DNA of 64,000 nt, from assembly GCA_028534125.1 (NCBI GenBank), contig CM052818.1:26972001-27036000 (forward strand). The letters run 5' to 3'. The position numbers and the translations under genes are program-made. Of this stretch, positions 1 through 13,630 are shown in pieces. A model generated the notes under the pieces. That model did no database searches, was not told where the DNA came from, and saw only the letters and a list, made by a program, of their open reading frames with translations. The stretch is from Lama glama. Its lineage: Eukaryota. Within the stretch, counting starts at the first letter, position 1. Each line of letters begins with the position of its first letter.

Positions 1-162
1 CTGAACAGCATGTCCTCTGGGTGACTTTCAAACAGTGATAACCATAAATATTAAATCTACAAATGTCAAGTTTGTTACATTGCATATCCAGAGGAATTCC
101 TTCCTTAATTGATATCTTATTTTCTCACTTGTTATTATGTATGTATGTATATACTATGTGCA

Positions 163-257
163 TTTTTTTATTTTTCCAGCTTTATAGAGGTATGATTGAC
201 ATATAATGTACAAGTTTAGCGTATATAGGGCATTGATTTAATACACTTATATATTGC
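163..257 (-). mobile_element. Short L1 3'-end fragment
   Basis: T-tract followed by cagctttatagaggtatgattgacatataatgtacaagtttag, resembling the antisense L1MA-type 3' end. Confidence 0.55.
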
Positions 258-869
258 ATAGATACATTTTTTAAACTTAACTTTCTAGCCCCTTGTGCAA
301 ACATTAGGAACATTGGAAAAAATTTGAGAGATAGGAGGATGTACTGTGGAAATTGACTGATCGGGGACCAGAGGGAACCTTTGTGAGGACCCAGAAAACC
401 TAATTATGTATGGTTATTTGTATAATGCCATTAGCTGATAATGTGGGTGTAATTAATTTAGTGCTTTTTGTAATCTCACACTTAGGGAAGGAGGAATTAC
501 TTTGTGAAAGAATATTCCACTATTTCCTATAGCACTTTCAGATATAATGTATCATTTAAAAAAAAAAACTCCATCTTTTTTGGAAAGAGATGTTAGGTAA
601 ATAAAGTTTTGGGGCCATTTTTATTTATAAGGAAAATTTCAAGAAATTCACAGTTTAAGATAAAGCTAACTATAAATACCAGATTAAAATATAATTTTTA
701 AGTTGAACATCAGTTCTGTACTTGACTCCAGAGTTTAATAGGTATCCCACTGTACTTTATTTGTGTTTATTTTTATATTCACTTCTTTTACTTGTAACTG
801 TATTTCTGGTTCTAGTTGTATACAACATATACTACTGGTCCACATATGTTTTATTCAGTGTACGTGTTT

Positions 870-1200
870 CATCCACTGGCTGTGAGCTCTGTTTTACTTG
901 TTTTGTTACTACTTTAGTCCTAGTGCAAGTGACTGTGCCTGGTACAAAGTGGGTGCTCAGTTGATACTGTTAAATAAATACATGTGAATATTTGAGTCAA
1001 ACCCTCAATTTTTAGGAGACTCCACTGTCTGATCTTAGCTTTATTGTATATATCTATGTGTGTTCTCATCTTATACCCTCACTAGATTGGAAGTGCATTG
1101 TGAGTAGCAACTTGGTTTATTTGTCTGTCCTATATTCTCATTTATAGTAATTTGGACTGTGGTAGGTAGTAGGTATTCCCCAGAGACATTATTGAACTGA
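870..1200 (+). mobile_element. L2 3'-end fragments
   Basis: gtgcctggtacaaagtgggtgctcagttgatactgttaaataaat and actagattggaagtgcattgtgagtagc resemble the L2 3' tail; boundaries approximate. Confidence 0.5.
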
Positions 1201-1442
1201 ATGAAAATGGTTGATTTTATTTTCTTATGAGGAGATGGCTAAAAGTACAACCATACACAAGGAATTTGGAAGAGAATCAAAAAAGCTAGTGTGTACTTGT
1301 TTGTCAGCTTGAGGACATATATATAAGACTTCATCATTCTGTGTTGTAAGAGCTGGGGTTCTGGGACAGCTCAGTTCCTTGCTCTTTAGCGGCCTATTTG
1401 CTTTATTTTTGGCCTTCTAACTATGTCACAGATGGTGTAAGT

Positions 1443-1625
1443 CAGTGGTTCTCCAAGTGTTGTCCCAGAATAGCAGCATCAGCATCACCTGGGTACTTGC
1501 TTAAAAATGCATATTCTCAGGCCCCACTGCAGACCTGTTGAATCAGAAATGAGGATAGGGCCAGCCCAAGCAATCTGTGTTTCAGCTAGTCCTGCAGGTG
1601 ATTCTGATGCTAAAGTTAGATACTG
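1443..1625. mobile_element. MER5A-like hAT-Charlie MITE
   Basis: cagtggttctccaagtg...agcagcatcagcatcacctggg...tgcatattctcaggcccca...aggtgattctgatgc are hallmark MER5A motifs. Confidence 0.8.
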
Positions 1626-3199
1626 CCAAGTGGTGATGTTGTCTTTAGTATGCCAGGGAAAAACAACTAGCAGCCTACATGTAAGAGAATAATATAATCC
1701 AAAACATTTCAGAGGAAATAGATGTTGTTTAGAGAATACATTAAGATATAAAGCAGATTATTGAAACCTCACTGTATGCTCTTCCTTAGCTTAAGTAAAC
1801 TACGTTATTGACTTCTACTTTTCACGAATTTCTCTTGTTATTTGTGAGTTTGTGTTCGGTTGACAGTGAGAACCTTAAATTAGGTATTTTCTCGCACTTT
1901 ATTTTAGACTTTTGTAAAAGTGAGTGCTCTTTCCTCCCATAGCAGATGACAGAAAAACAACTGAAAAAATGTCCAACCCAAACTAGTATTTTGTGTACTT
2001 TTCATTTTGAATATACTTTTCAATGATTTCGGTTTTGAATTTTAACCCTTTAAAATTTTAGACTACAAGATAGTTTAAATGATTTCAAAAAACTAAATGA
2101 TATACTTAATATAATTTGTTTATTAGATATTCCTGAGTATGCAGGTAAATCTGTTTAAATACAGCAGATTTATATTCTTTATATGTTTTCTTTTGACAAA
2201 TTAGAATTGAAAATAATAAAGATTTTCTATTTACCATGTAGACTTAAACTATAAAATATCCAGTTACTGTTGTTTTTATCTTTTTAAATTTCTAATGGTT
2301 AGGAAATTGGAGGCGTAATTTTAGGTATGTAGTGTAAAAAAACTTATAAAGCATTATGAAATTTTTAACATGCATTTTCCTTGAAGATAATTTTGAAGTT
2401 TTCAAAAATATGTGCTATTACCATTAGGTTTACTTGTACAGATAAATGGAAGAATGAGGACTTAAAATTTTACAAATTTTATTTGTAACACTTAAAAGTT
2501 ATTTTTGTACCTTATCTATTTGATCAGATTGAATCTTTAGTTTTTCTGATTTTTTCTTAAGATTTCAATTGCATTTCTCAATCTCAGTTTTGTTCCTGGA
2601 ACTCTAGAAAGTGTAGGAGAATTTATGAGAATGTTGAGGTGACATTAGTGCAGGCTGAGGCAAGATTTCTGAAAAAAAAGTAGTCAAATTGTAGCTTAAT
2701 GATACATGGAGAAATATACCTATAAAAGAAAAAAGTAAATAGCTGAATTCGTCAGTATTTCATATTGCTGGAGAATATTGGAGTCTAGGAATATATTTGC
2801 TAACTAGAGACCTGTCTCTCTTACTTCAGAAGGAATTTTGTTGTAGTGATGTGCAGGGAGAACTATAGGGAGCCTTTTGGGCCATACATTTTCTGTTATA
2901 TCTTTGTTGCTAATACCCCGACTATACATTGAGTGAATGCCTTGAGTTTCTAAGTGGTGGTTCATTCATGGTCTTGTACTATCATCTTGGTTCAGTGTTG
3001 AGAATACTGTCCCCTTTAGGGATACACCATTTAATCTCTTGGAGCTTCTTTTTTCTCCTTTGTAGAAATAATGAATTTAAATACATCCAGGACAGAGTCC
3101 ACATACTGGTGCCAAATCTGGTGACTGAATTTTGTCAGGCTTTATGTCTTTAAAATTTTCAGTTGAGACTTTTGTGCATAGTAACATGCCTATCATACA

Positions 3200-5300
3200 G
3201 CATTCAGAAGGTATAAAAGTGGGGCATGTACATTTAAGTTTAGTTTTAACTCCTATTCCTCTCCCTCCCAGCCACCCAGTTGCTTTGTTTGGAGACATTC
3301 ACACTTACTGCATACTTGTGAATCATTCCAGAGTTATTACCTACACACAGAAGCATAACAATATGTTTACCCTTTCCCCCCCAAAAAAACCAAGTGGTTG
3401 CACACTACATACATTGTCTTGCTTTTTATTTATTTAATCTATCTTAGATATAATTCAGTATCATTATCTTTAGAGCTGTCTGCTTTGTAACAACTGCACA
3501 GTATTCCTTTGAATAGATGTATCCCACTTTCCTTCTATTTTTCTTTTTTTTATTTCTGTTCTCCTTTCTTCCTGCCCTTCCATTCTTCATTTCAGTCTTT
3601 TCTTCCCTTCTGTCTCTCTTCTTGCCCCTCCTGCCTTTGCAATTAAACAGTCCAGTTCAGACAACAGTATGCTGCCATATTTAAGGAGGATCTTTACCTA
3701 GGATTTAGTCTTTATGTTGAGAGAAATTAGCTTTCTTCTGTAAGAACATGGGTTTTAAGACCTTTTATTTCTAACTTTCTGAATAGAGTTTATAGATGGA
3801 AAAAAATGGACTTTTTCTTCCTCTGTTCTTGCAGGTCTTAGTTCAGGACCTAATTTTCTTCCAATTGTATTTATAATTTGTTTAACCAGTTTTCTGTAGG
3901 TGGACATTTGTATTATACATACATTCTTATCTGTGTCTTTTCAGTATATCATTTCACACATGTACAAATATATTTGAAGGATAAAAATCTGGAATTAGAA
4001 CCGCTGAGTAAAGGTAGATGCATTTACAGGGTTGATAGATAATGCCAAATTGTCCACACTAGTGGTGAAATGAATTTATACTATCACAGCTGACATACAA
4101 ATGTCTTTTCCACAACATATTATATTATCAAATCATTGGAGTTTATTAATCTGATAGAAAGGGGAAATATGATTACAATGTTAATTGGCATTTCTCTTCC
4201 AGGTGAGATTGAACATCTTTTTAATATGTTTGAGCCTTTTTTGTTTCCTTTCAATCAACATGTCCTGTTTTTCTATTGAGTTCTTGATCTTATTGATTGG
4301 TATGTGCTCGTAATACATTAAGAAAAGCAGATTTGTGGCTTTTGGATTTTCTTTTGACATTTGTCAAAAAAGAATTGTCTTATTTCTCATGATAGTTTTT
4401 CAGCAACTTTTAAATTTACCATATGTAAATATTTTATTATGTGAGGTAAATTTTATTAGTCTTTTATGGCTCTGGGTTTTGTCATACTTTCAGAAAGACA
4501 TTCCTAACCCTGAGATTAGTAAAACAAAAACAGACTCTACCTTTTTTTCTAATATTTTGGGAATCCTTTAAATTTTTTTGATCCTTTTGGCATTTGTTTT
4601 GATGTGAGAACTATTTTCCAGGTGGCTGTCCATCAACAGGTATTGAATAATCCACATATATCCCACTGATGTGCAATGTCACCTGTAGTTTATACTATAT
4701 TCCTTTATACATCAGGGTTTGGTTTTGGATTGTCTGTACCATAGATTTGCCTGTTCATGCATCAGTACTTTTTAAGTGACTATAGAATTATAATATATTT
4801 TAAAATAATTTGTTTATTCTTGTTTATTTTTCTGTATGTACTTTATAATCATCATGTATTATGTTTTTAAAAAACACTAATGTTATTTTAATTGGGCTTC
4901 CATAATTTTTAAAGATTAATTTAGGGAGAAATAAAATAATATAATACAGAATCCTCTTTTTTAAGAACAAATCTTATTTGTTCAAGTCATTTTTTTGTGT
5001 TCTTTAGTGGAATTTAAAATATTCTTTGCATAGCTCTAATTTTTTTCTAGTTAGGTTTGTTCTAATTATATTATCATTTTTGTTATTATAAATGGGATTA
5101 TTTTCTTTAATTATATCATCTAACTGGTTGTTCTTATAGAAGCCCATGGGTTTCAGTTTATTATTTTTATATACAATTACCTTACTAAAATTCCTGTTAC
5201 TATTTTTGTAGTAGTTTATAGACTACAATTCCTTGGATTTTTCAGTTATCCACTATTATCATTTGCAAATAATAACGATTTTATTTCCTCATTTCTATTT
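3200..5300 (-). mobile_element. Old, degraded L1 (3' end/ORF2 remnant)
   Basis: T-rich strand with L1-like motifs (ttgttttaaccagt, gtgaggtaaattttattagtc, gattaatttagggagaa, ttattataaatgggatt); boundaries approximate. Confidence 0.55.
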
Positions 5301-5315
5301 TTAAACTTCTTTCTT

Positions 5316-5910
5316 TTTTTGAAGTATAGTTGATTTACAATGCTATGTTATTTCCAGGTATACAGCATGATGATTTAGTATTTTTGCGGATTATACCCTA
5401 TTATAAGTTATTACAAGATAGTGGCTATAATTCCTCATGCTATACAATATATCCTTGTTGCTTACCTATTTTATACACAGTTTGTATTTGTTAATTCCAT
5501 TCCTCTGTTTGTCTCTCCCCTATTCCTTCTCCCTTTTGGTAACCACAGGTTTGTTTTCTGTATCATTTCTGTTATGCATATACATTCATTTGTATTTTTT
5601 TTATGTTTCACATATAACTGATATAATACAGTATTTGTCTTTCTCTGTCTGACTAACTTCATTAAGCATAATAGTTTCTAGGTCCATTCACTTTCCAGCA
5701 AGTGGCAGAATTTCATTCTCTTTTATGTCTGAGTAATATTCCTGTGTGTGTGTGTTTGTGAAAAAAAAATATATATATATATTCCACCTCTTTATCCATT
5801 TGTCTGTTGATGGGCACTTGGATTGCTTCCATGTCTTGGCTATTGTAAACAGTGCTGCTATGAACATTGGGGTGCATGTATCTTTTTGAATTAGTGTTTT
5901 TTTCCCAGAT
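5316..5910 (-). mobile_element. 5'-truncated younger L1 (ORF2 C-terminus plus 3' UTR), nested in the older L1
   Basis: ttgaagtatagttgatttacaa 3' end; catgtcttggctattgtaaacagtgctgctatgaacattggggtgca encodes the ORF2 tail CTPMFIAALFTIAKTW on the - strand; flanking ttctttctt duplication. Confidence 0.85.
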
Positions 5911-6099
5911 TTCTTTCTTGACTAATAGCATTCACCACCATGTCTAGAACAATGTTAAATATTTGTGGTGAAAAATAGAAATCCTTGTTTTGTCCCCAAT
6001 TGTAGTTACTTCTTGGGTTTCTCTAACATACGTGATGCTGACTTTAAATTGAGTTGTTTGTAATTTATCTTCTTAAGAAAGTTGGCATAGTGTTTGTTT

Positions 6100-6730
6100 C
6101 AAAAACAAAAATCTCACATTGACAGAAAAGTTGCAAGGGCAATACAAAGAATTTCTTTTTCTGAACCATCTGAGGGCAAGGTGCCAGGCAACCGGATGGC
6201 CCGATGCCTCCCACCAAATACTTTAGTGTTTGTTTCCTGTAAACAAGTACTATATAACCGCATATAGCTATCAAAATCAAGAAATTAACACTTACATATT
6301 ACTACCATCTAATCCTCAGACCCCATTCATATTTTGTTTATTTATTTATTTTGAGGGGAGGTCATTAGGTTTATTTATTCATTTATTATTAGCTGAGGGT
6401 TTTTTTGGAGGTACTGGGGATTGAACCCAGGACCTTTCACACGCTAAGCATGTGCTCTACCACTTGAGCTATACCATCCCCCTCCCACAGCTGTCCCAGT
6501 AATGTTCTTTTATAGCCAAATGTTGTCCAGAATTATTCATTACATTTGATTTTCATGTCTTTTTAATCTCCTTCAATTTGAAACAGTCTTTCATTGACTT
6601 TTATGACCTAAAGCTTTTGAAGATGACAAGAAAGTTAATATAAAATGTCCCTCAGTTTGAGTTTGCCTGATGTTTTCATGTGATTGATTTCAGATTATAC
6701 ATCTGTGGCGGAAATGTCACAGAGTTATTC
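6100..6730 (-). mobile_element. Old L1MC/ME-type 3' end, interrupted by a SINE
   Basis: cagaaaagttgcaag..., aaatactttagtgtttgtttcct, tgtcccagtaatgttcttttatagc; related sequence at about 11420-11830 and 61310-61790. Confidence 0.6.
6331..6482 (-). mobile_element. tRNA-Ala-derived SINE (camelid vic-1-like)
   Basis: Reverse complement GGGGATGGTATAGCTCAAGTGGTAGAGCACATGCTTAGCGTG...GGTCCTGGGTTCAATCCCCAGTACCTCCA followed by the AATAAACCTAAT tail. Confidence 0.85.
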
Positions 6731-6798
6731 TGTGATCACCAAGGAATATCACAGATACTTCTATTACTCCTTTTTGTTTGTTTTCTTCTAGTACCTCC

Positions 6799-6883
6799 TT
6801 TGTAGTATTTCTTTGTAGTATTTTTTTTGTAGTATTTGTAGTATTTTGTAGTATTTCTTTTTAATCTTTGTAGTATTTCTTTT
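6799..6883. repeat. Degenerate tandem repeat of TGTAGTATTT (6 copies)
   Basis: tgtagtattt seen at 6801, 6814, 6828, 6837, 6847 and 6869. Confidence 0.85.
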
Positions 6884-8347
6884 AAACACTTCTGGGATTT
6901 ATTTTTTTAAATACTTAACTAATCCAATATGTGAATTGATAAGAAAATAGGAAAGCAAATATACTGGAAATACAAGAAGTAGCTGGTGGATTGGGGAATG
7001 AGTCACAGTAGACTTTTTGAGTATTATAGGCAGAAGTGTCAGAATCACCCAGGACCAGTGATGGTGGCAGAAATACAAAACTAGCCAAAGGGTATAGAAA
7101 CAGAGAAATTGATAATTGATTTTATTATTACTTTGGTTATATGATTATACTGATTAGGTTATTGTTTTTATAAAAGCCATTTTGAAGCGTGTGTTCAAGG
7201 CCAAAGCATTGTTTGACCAAACAAGTTGGGCTGTCATAGTCTTTTGACAGGACATTTGTTTTTGTCAGCTTTAAGTGCATGTATTATTATTCTCCTGTTA
7301 TAAAAACAATGATCTCATTGTAGAACAGTTTCAAAAGACTTTATGATCATTTTATGCTGTTGTCGGTATTTGATGTCTTTTCCTCTGTCTATACGATTGA
7401 AATCATTTTTGCCAATTTTTAATTAAGATGAAAATAATTCTTCTTATGATTACAATGTAAATTTTAAGAGCTCATTGAAATGAGAACAAAAACATGACAA
7501 TACCTACATTGTGAAAATTAGAAGAAGCTTGGTGAGTTGGATTTTATGTTTATTATGGCACTGAAAAAAAAGAAATGAGTGTAGTTTAAACTAAGTAGAA
7601 GTAAGTTTAATGGCTTATTCACTAAACCTTGGTTAGATAATCCATAATTCCTTAGGGATGTGGTAAAGTCATCATTAAATGTAAATTCTTACTTGCTTAA
7701 GTGGAAAGCACTGTAGAAACAGAAATAATATTATCTGGGTTAATATAATAGAAATGGGAGGGGAAAGAATGTGAGAATAGTGAAATTGATAGCTATCTTT
7801 GAAGGCCCTTAAATAGACCTCCTGCCCTATTCCAAGTGGTGTTCTGAGCTACTTTAACAAGTAGTATGTGCAACACAGTTTTAGTTCCTTAAGTGGAAAG
7901 TATTATTTCAATTTTAAATGTCTTTTTAATTATTCTGGAGAACAGCTCTTTACTATCCCCTCTGTCTTACTGAAGACACGAGTTTTACAGTTTGTTTCAT
8001 GTTAAATTGTAGAGTTTTTTTGTTTTTGTTTTTGTTTTTGTTTTTTCCTTTAGTAATTGTTGGGAGGGGCCAGGAACCTATGGAGGGCCATTGTCTCAGA
8101 TTTTCCTTTTCTCAACTTTCACTTTCTTTCCCCTGCATGTCAAATCTGAATGAAGGTGAGATGAAAGGGATTGAGAAAAAGCAGCTATTTCTTACTTGTA
8201 GGGGAGGTCCAGGATAGTCTTTCAACATAATGAATCCATCATAAAATTTAAGATTTGGTGAAGCTCTGGAAACTCTTACTTTACAAGGGTATTATAAGAA
8301 TTCATGATTTGACTTTACCCCCTTTCTCCACTTTCACTCTTTTTAAA

Positions 8348-8890
8348 AAAAAAAAGTATGTAAGTTTTAGGTATATAGCATTATAGTTCAGCATCGGTAT
8401 ATGGTACAAAATAACCACCACCACTAGGCTGGTTACCATCCATCACCGTACAGGTGACTCCTTTCACCCTAACCCCTAACCCTTTTCCCCTCTGGTAACC
8501 ACTCATTTCTTATTTGTATCTATGAATTTGTTTCTGTTTTGTTTTGTTTGTTCACTTTATTTTTTTCGTTTAAGATTCCACATAAGAGTGAGATCATACA
8601 GTATTGGTCTTTATCCATCTGACTTGTTTTGCTTAGCATGATACCGCTGAGGTCCTTTCTTTGTTGTTGCAAATGACAGGATTTCATTGTTTTTTATGGC
8701 TGAGTAGTATTCAGTTGTGTATATATACCACATCTCTATTGTCCATTCATCCCTCGATGGACAGATAGTTTCCATATCTTGGCTATTATAAATAATGCTG
8801 CAGTGAACATGGTGGCTCATATTAGTGTTTTCATGTTCTTCAGATAAATACCTAGAAATGGAATAGTGGGTCATATGGTGCTTATCCGTC
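8348..8890 (-). mobile_element. 5'-truncated L1 with 15-bp TSD
   Basis: Antisense L1 3' UTR/ORF2 tail (ccatatcttggctattataaataatgctgcagtgaacatgg); ttcactctttttaaa at 8333-8347 and 8891-8905. Confidence 0.85.
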
Positions 8891-9268
8891 TTCACTCTTT
8901 TTAAAGAAGAATCTCCCTCAATGCCTTAAAAGACAAACCCTTCAGTAAACTATACTGTACTTTGCATATGTCTGCACTTATAGTAGTATATAAATTTAAA
9001 ATTTTAGACTCTTAGAGAATATAGACTATGTGTTGCCACATCCCTAGTCTGAAGTAAAATGCATATATAGATGTCCTTTTGTTTGAAAAAAAGAAAAAAA
9101 CACTTCCCCCCCTTATAATCCATACTTTTCTATATACTTTGTGATAGATATGTAAAAAGATATGCTTTTACATCTAGTTGTTTTGTCTTCCAAAAGTTCT
9201 TTCTTCAGCTGAGTTTAAAAGAATGTATTTGGTCTAAACTGAATTTTGTCTTTCTTTTCCTTACTCAG

Positions 9269-9372
9269 GCTCAGATTGCCTTCCTTCAGGGGGAAAGGAA
9301 AGGTCAAGAAAATTTGAAGAAGGATCTTGTGAGGAGGATCAAAATGCTGGAGTATGCTCTTAAACAGGAAAG
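9269..9372 (+). CDS. STRN: STRN exon 2 (104 bp), coiled-coil region
   Basis: ttactcag|GCT...GAAAG|gtaatt; translates AQIAFLQGERKGQENLKKDLVRRIKMLEYALKQE(R). Confidence 0.96.
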
Positions 9373-9516
9373 GTAATTTAGTAAAATGGAAGATAGCATT
9401 CTCTGTAATATTGGAATAATTTTTCTGTCATTCCTAAAACAAATCCAAATTTTAGTGTTATACTTTTGAATTCAGGAAATAATATCTGTAATAAACATTT
9501 AGAAACAACTGTATTA

Positions 9517-9690
9517 GGGAAATATACACAAAATGTTATGATAAATCACAGAGAAAAAAATGTGACAATGAGTGTGTATATGTCCATGAATGACTGAAAA
9601 ATTGTGCTGAACACTGGAATTTGACACAACACTGTAAAATGATTATGAATCAATAAAAAATGTAAAAAAAAAGTTTCAGTTAAAAAAAAA
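9517..9690 (+). mobile_element. Young L1 3'-end insertion with perfect 16-bp TSD
   Basis: agaaacaactgtatta at 9501-9516 and 9691-9706; AATAAA plus A-tail; same family as 37970-38188 in the opposite orientation. Confidence 0.85.
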
Positions 9691-10689
9691 AGAAACAACT
9701 GTATTATGTAAATTTAATTTTGTTATGAATGTTTAGTAGCAATGACCAATAAACTGATTTATATGAGTTTAAACATTTTAGCAACATCTTTTCTTCTACT
9801 CTGTCCTTTCTTAAGAAATGTATGTACTTCCTGAACTGTCAATATCTATTTATTTATGGAATTGAAGTTGTTTTTTTGAGTTGTCAAGGAAATTTCTATA
9901 ATGCTTACTCCCTTTTCCTACCATCTAGTATTATTTAATTTCATGTGTTTTCTATTGAAAAAAACCTGTTCTGACAGACTGTGTTGAGAATCGCTTTATA
10001 GACTTTTCTGGTATTTTGACCCTTTGCTATCAGCTATGCCTATCTCTCCAGAAATGAGTCTTATCTTTCTATTCTGCTAGTGTCTAAGATATTCAAGAAC
10101 TAAACTTGAGTCACAAGTAAAGGACAATAGGTCATGGATCAGAGTTTTGGATGTTTTCATATGAATTAAATTTATTTGTTTTAATGGATGGTCTTTGCAT
10201 TTTTTTGTCAGCAGTATAAGACAGGTCTTTGTTTTAGATTATTGAATACATGATATTGTATTCAATATTGAATGATATTCAGTATTCAATATCATTGAGT
10301 GATACTGAAATTCTCTTCTTTGCTTCACTTTTGATTACATGCTTTTTTCATTTTTTTGAAGTTGATGAATGGGTTGTTCGCAAAACTACCATAAAATAAC
10401 ATTTGGCAGATGATACTTATGAGTATCAAGAAATAGATGAAACTTTATTAGAACTTGTGTTCATCTTCATGTGGGATTTTTAAATGGCACAAGAAATTGA
10501 AAACAGATTGACCTCTCAGTGAAAAATAAGTAGTTCTTTTCATTCCTTGAGAGGCTGATTGAAAGTTATTGGGAAGATAGAGGGGGAGAAAAGCAGTTTT
10601 AAAAGTATGTAATTTGGGAATATTTGCAATTTTAAGCAATCCAAATTATAGGCATAATCAAAGAGAGAACGTAATAACATTAATAATGG

Positions 10690-10830
10690 CAACTATTTAT
10701 TAATTACCATGTACCAGGCCCTGAGGCTTAAACACTAAGTAACTTGCTTATAGTTGCAGAGTTATGGTAGAGCTGTGGTTCACATCCCTCTGGTCTGTCT
10801 GATTCTGAAGCCTGTACTCTTTACCAGTAT
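10690..10830 (-). mobile_element. MIR fragment
   Basis: tgaggcttaaa...aagtaacttgcttatagttgcaga...ggtctgtctgattctgaagcctgtactcttta. Confidence 0.55.
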
Positions 10831-10929
10831 ATTATACTATCTTGTAAGTCAGAGAATTAAAATATACAAATACTAAACAAGGATATGGTGTGTGTGTGTG
10901 TATGTGTGTATCCCTTATCATTGACATTC

Positions 10930-12600
10930 ATTAATCCATCTATCCAGATTAAGCACTGTGTTGGAATTGAGTTAAAACAAGTCACAATCCTTGTCCCTCA
11001 GGGCTTAAAGTAGCGGGAAACAGACTGGCAAACCACAGAAGTGCAGCGCAGTATGATAGTTGCTATGGGGGAAGTCTGTGCAGGGTACATGGGGTCACAA
11101 AGAAGGGAGTGGTTATTTGGATCTGGAGGGAGTGGAAGTAGAAAGGAGGGTATAATTAGAGGAGGTGAGACATGAATAGCATCATAAAAAATAAGATGTT
11201 TGCCAGAGAGGCCAAGTTCAGGAAGTAGAGGATATGTTTGACATGGAACAAAGCAGTTTGGTGTATTCAGAAATTTGTGATTGCTGTGTTTGGAGGTAGG
11301 ATGTTGATTGTGATTTGATAAGCAGTAATGGAAGAGTTGGGCAAGATTCAGATCATAGAGAGCCTAACTAAAGGAGTTCAGACTTCTATCTTATGTCAGA
11401 AGTTTTAAAAACCATTTTCTTCTAAAGTAATCTCAAATTAATAGAAGTTGCAAGAACTATATACCCTTCTACCCAGATTCACCAATTCACAACATTTTAC
11501 TGTGTTTACTTTTATCTTCTTCTCTCTTAATACTCACTTTTTTTCCCCTGAATCATTTGCTACTTATTTGCAGACATTATGCCCCTTTGCCCCTAAATAT
11601 TTAAGGGAATATCTTCTAAGAGCATGGACATTCCCTTAAGTAATTACAGCTCATTATTGAATTAAGGAAGTTAATGTTGATATAGTTCTATTATCTAATA
11701 TAGCCCATATTCATATGTTCCAGTGATGACCTTATAGCATTTTTTTTCCACCAAATGTCCCAGTAATAATCTTTGTAGTGATTTTTTTCCCACCTGGTCC
11801 AGGATCTAGTCTATGAATACATATTGCATTTAGTTGTAGTTGAAAGGTTTAAACATGGAATAGGGTGAAATCAATTTTAGGCAGATCACTCTGACCTCAA
11901 TATGGGGGACAGCCTGGAAAGATCTACTAACAGAGGCAGGAAGATTATAATAGTCCAGGCTGAGAAATGATAACATAGTAGCTGCTGGAGGAGGCATCAG
12001 CTATGAAACATTTTAAATAGAAAGAAGCCATAACATTTGGAGATGATTTGATATAGAGGATGAGGAAGAAAGATAGTTCAAGAATGATTCCCAGGTTTTT
12101 GGCTTAAGGGAGAAATTTGAAAATTGCCAAATGAATTAAAAATAAAGAATTAGGATTGAAAAGCAGATACGAGAGGGAGACTCATGCCTAGAGATGTATA
12201 CTTGGGCATCATTAATATTGTGGGTAATGGTATAAGAACTTTGAAACAAGCAGAGCAAGTATTGGGGGAGGGGAAGAAATTACTAGCAGGAGCCATGGGA
12301 GTTGGAAATATTGGAGGAAAAGACAGAGGAAGGAAAGCCAACAAAAAAGGGGGGAGAAGGAAGAAGAGAGCAGCATATTGGAAGCAGGCCAAAGAAGGTG
12401 GGAGTTTTCACAATTGCAGATGCCAGACAGACACCGAGTAAGTTGTGTACTGAAAATAGTCCTGGATTTGCCGGTTAGGTGCACATTGGTATCCTTGCCA
12501 GAACAGCTTCAGTGAGGCAGCAGGAACATAAACCAGATCACAGGGGAAAGAGGGGTGAGAGGAATAGATAAAGTGGAGACAAAGTTGTTTATTTTTTCAA
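10930..12600 (-). mobile_element. L2 fragment, interrupted by an old L1 3' end at about 11420-11830
   Basis: Purine-rich strand with L2 motifs (aagcactgtgttgg, agatcactctg, aatagtccaggctgagaaatgat, caagaatgattcccaggtttttggctt); boundaries approximate. Confidence 0.6.
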
Positions 12601-13534
12601 GTAGTTTGACATTGGAGAACAGAGAAGATAAAGAACTGGTGGCTGAGTCTAGGGAAGACTTTCTTGTTTTGTTTTTTAACTTTAAAGGGTTCTCCTGGAA
12701 AGGAGTGTCTCTGATTTTGTATCTTTTGAAGTTCATGGAATGATTTGCGATTATTCCTGACATAATGACACTATTGAAGTGTAATAAATTAAGAAATAAA
12801 AAAATTCTTTGTGGATTAGAACTCTTAAACATTTTTGTTTTTTTTCTCTGAAATTATTTTTCTAATGCCTTAAATCAATTTGAAAAGTTTCTTTTTTAAT
12901 AGGAAAATTTCAAACATTAATGTAGGAAGACTAGTATCTTTTATATACACCTCCGAGCCTCAACAGTTAACATTCTTGTCAGTCTTGCTTCATCTTGATC
13001 TATTTTAGAGCAAATTTCAAACATCTTGTCTTTTAACTTGTAAAAACCTAAATAGGCCTCATAGTTTAGAATTGCTGTGTTAAGGATCTTCTAAGTAAGA
13101 AAGATCCAAAATTAAGTAAAACTGAATCATTAGAGTTACAGAAGGATTACTTACCTCACAATGGATTTATCAAAGCCTTTCTTAAGATGTGATAAAACTT
13201 ACAAAATGAGAAAAAGCTACGTATAATTTCCCAGGAACATGCAGAGTATAATCTAAAGTTGATTCAGAAAATTGTATACTGAAGACCCTCAAATACTGTG
13301 TAAAATACAATTCTGAAACATTTCTTCCATTTGTTCCACATCTCTCCTGTATCTGCACTACTGTAAAAACCCAATGGACCCCCTTGCCTGTAATAGATTT
13401 CCTTATTCTGATTAATCCTCAACATCCATGGGATTCATTTTTTAAAACACAGATGTGATATCCATGCTTAAAAATATCTAGCTAATTTCAGAGTCCTTCT
13501 TAGCAAAAACCTTTTACATCCAGGCCCCTTTCTA

Positions 13535-13536
<2 letters not shown>

Positions 13537-13630
<94 letters not shown>

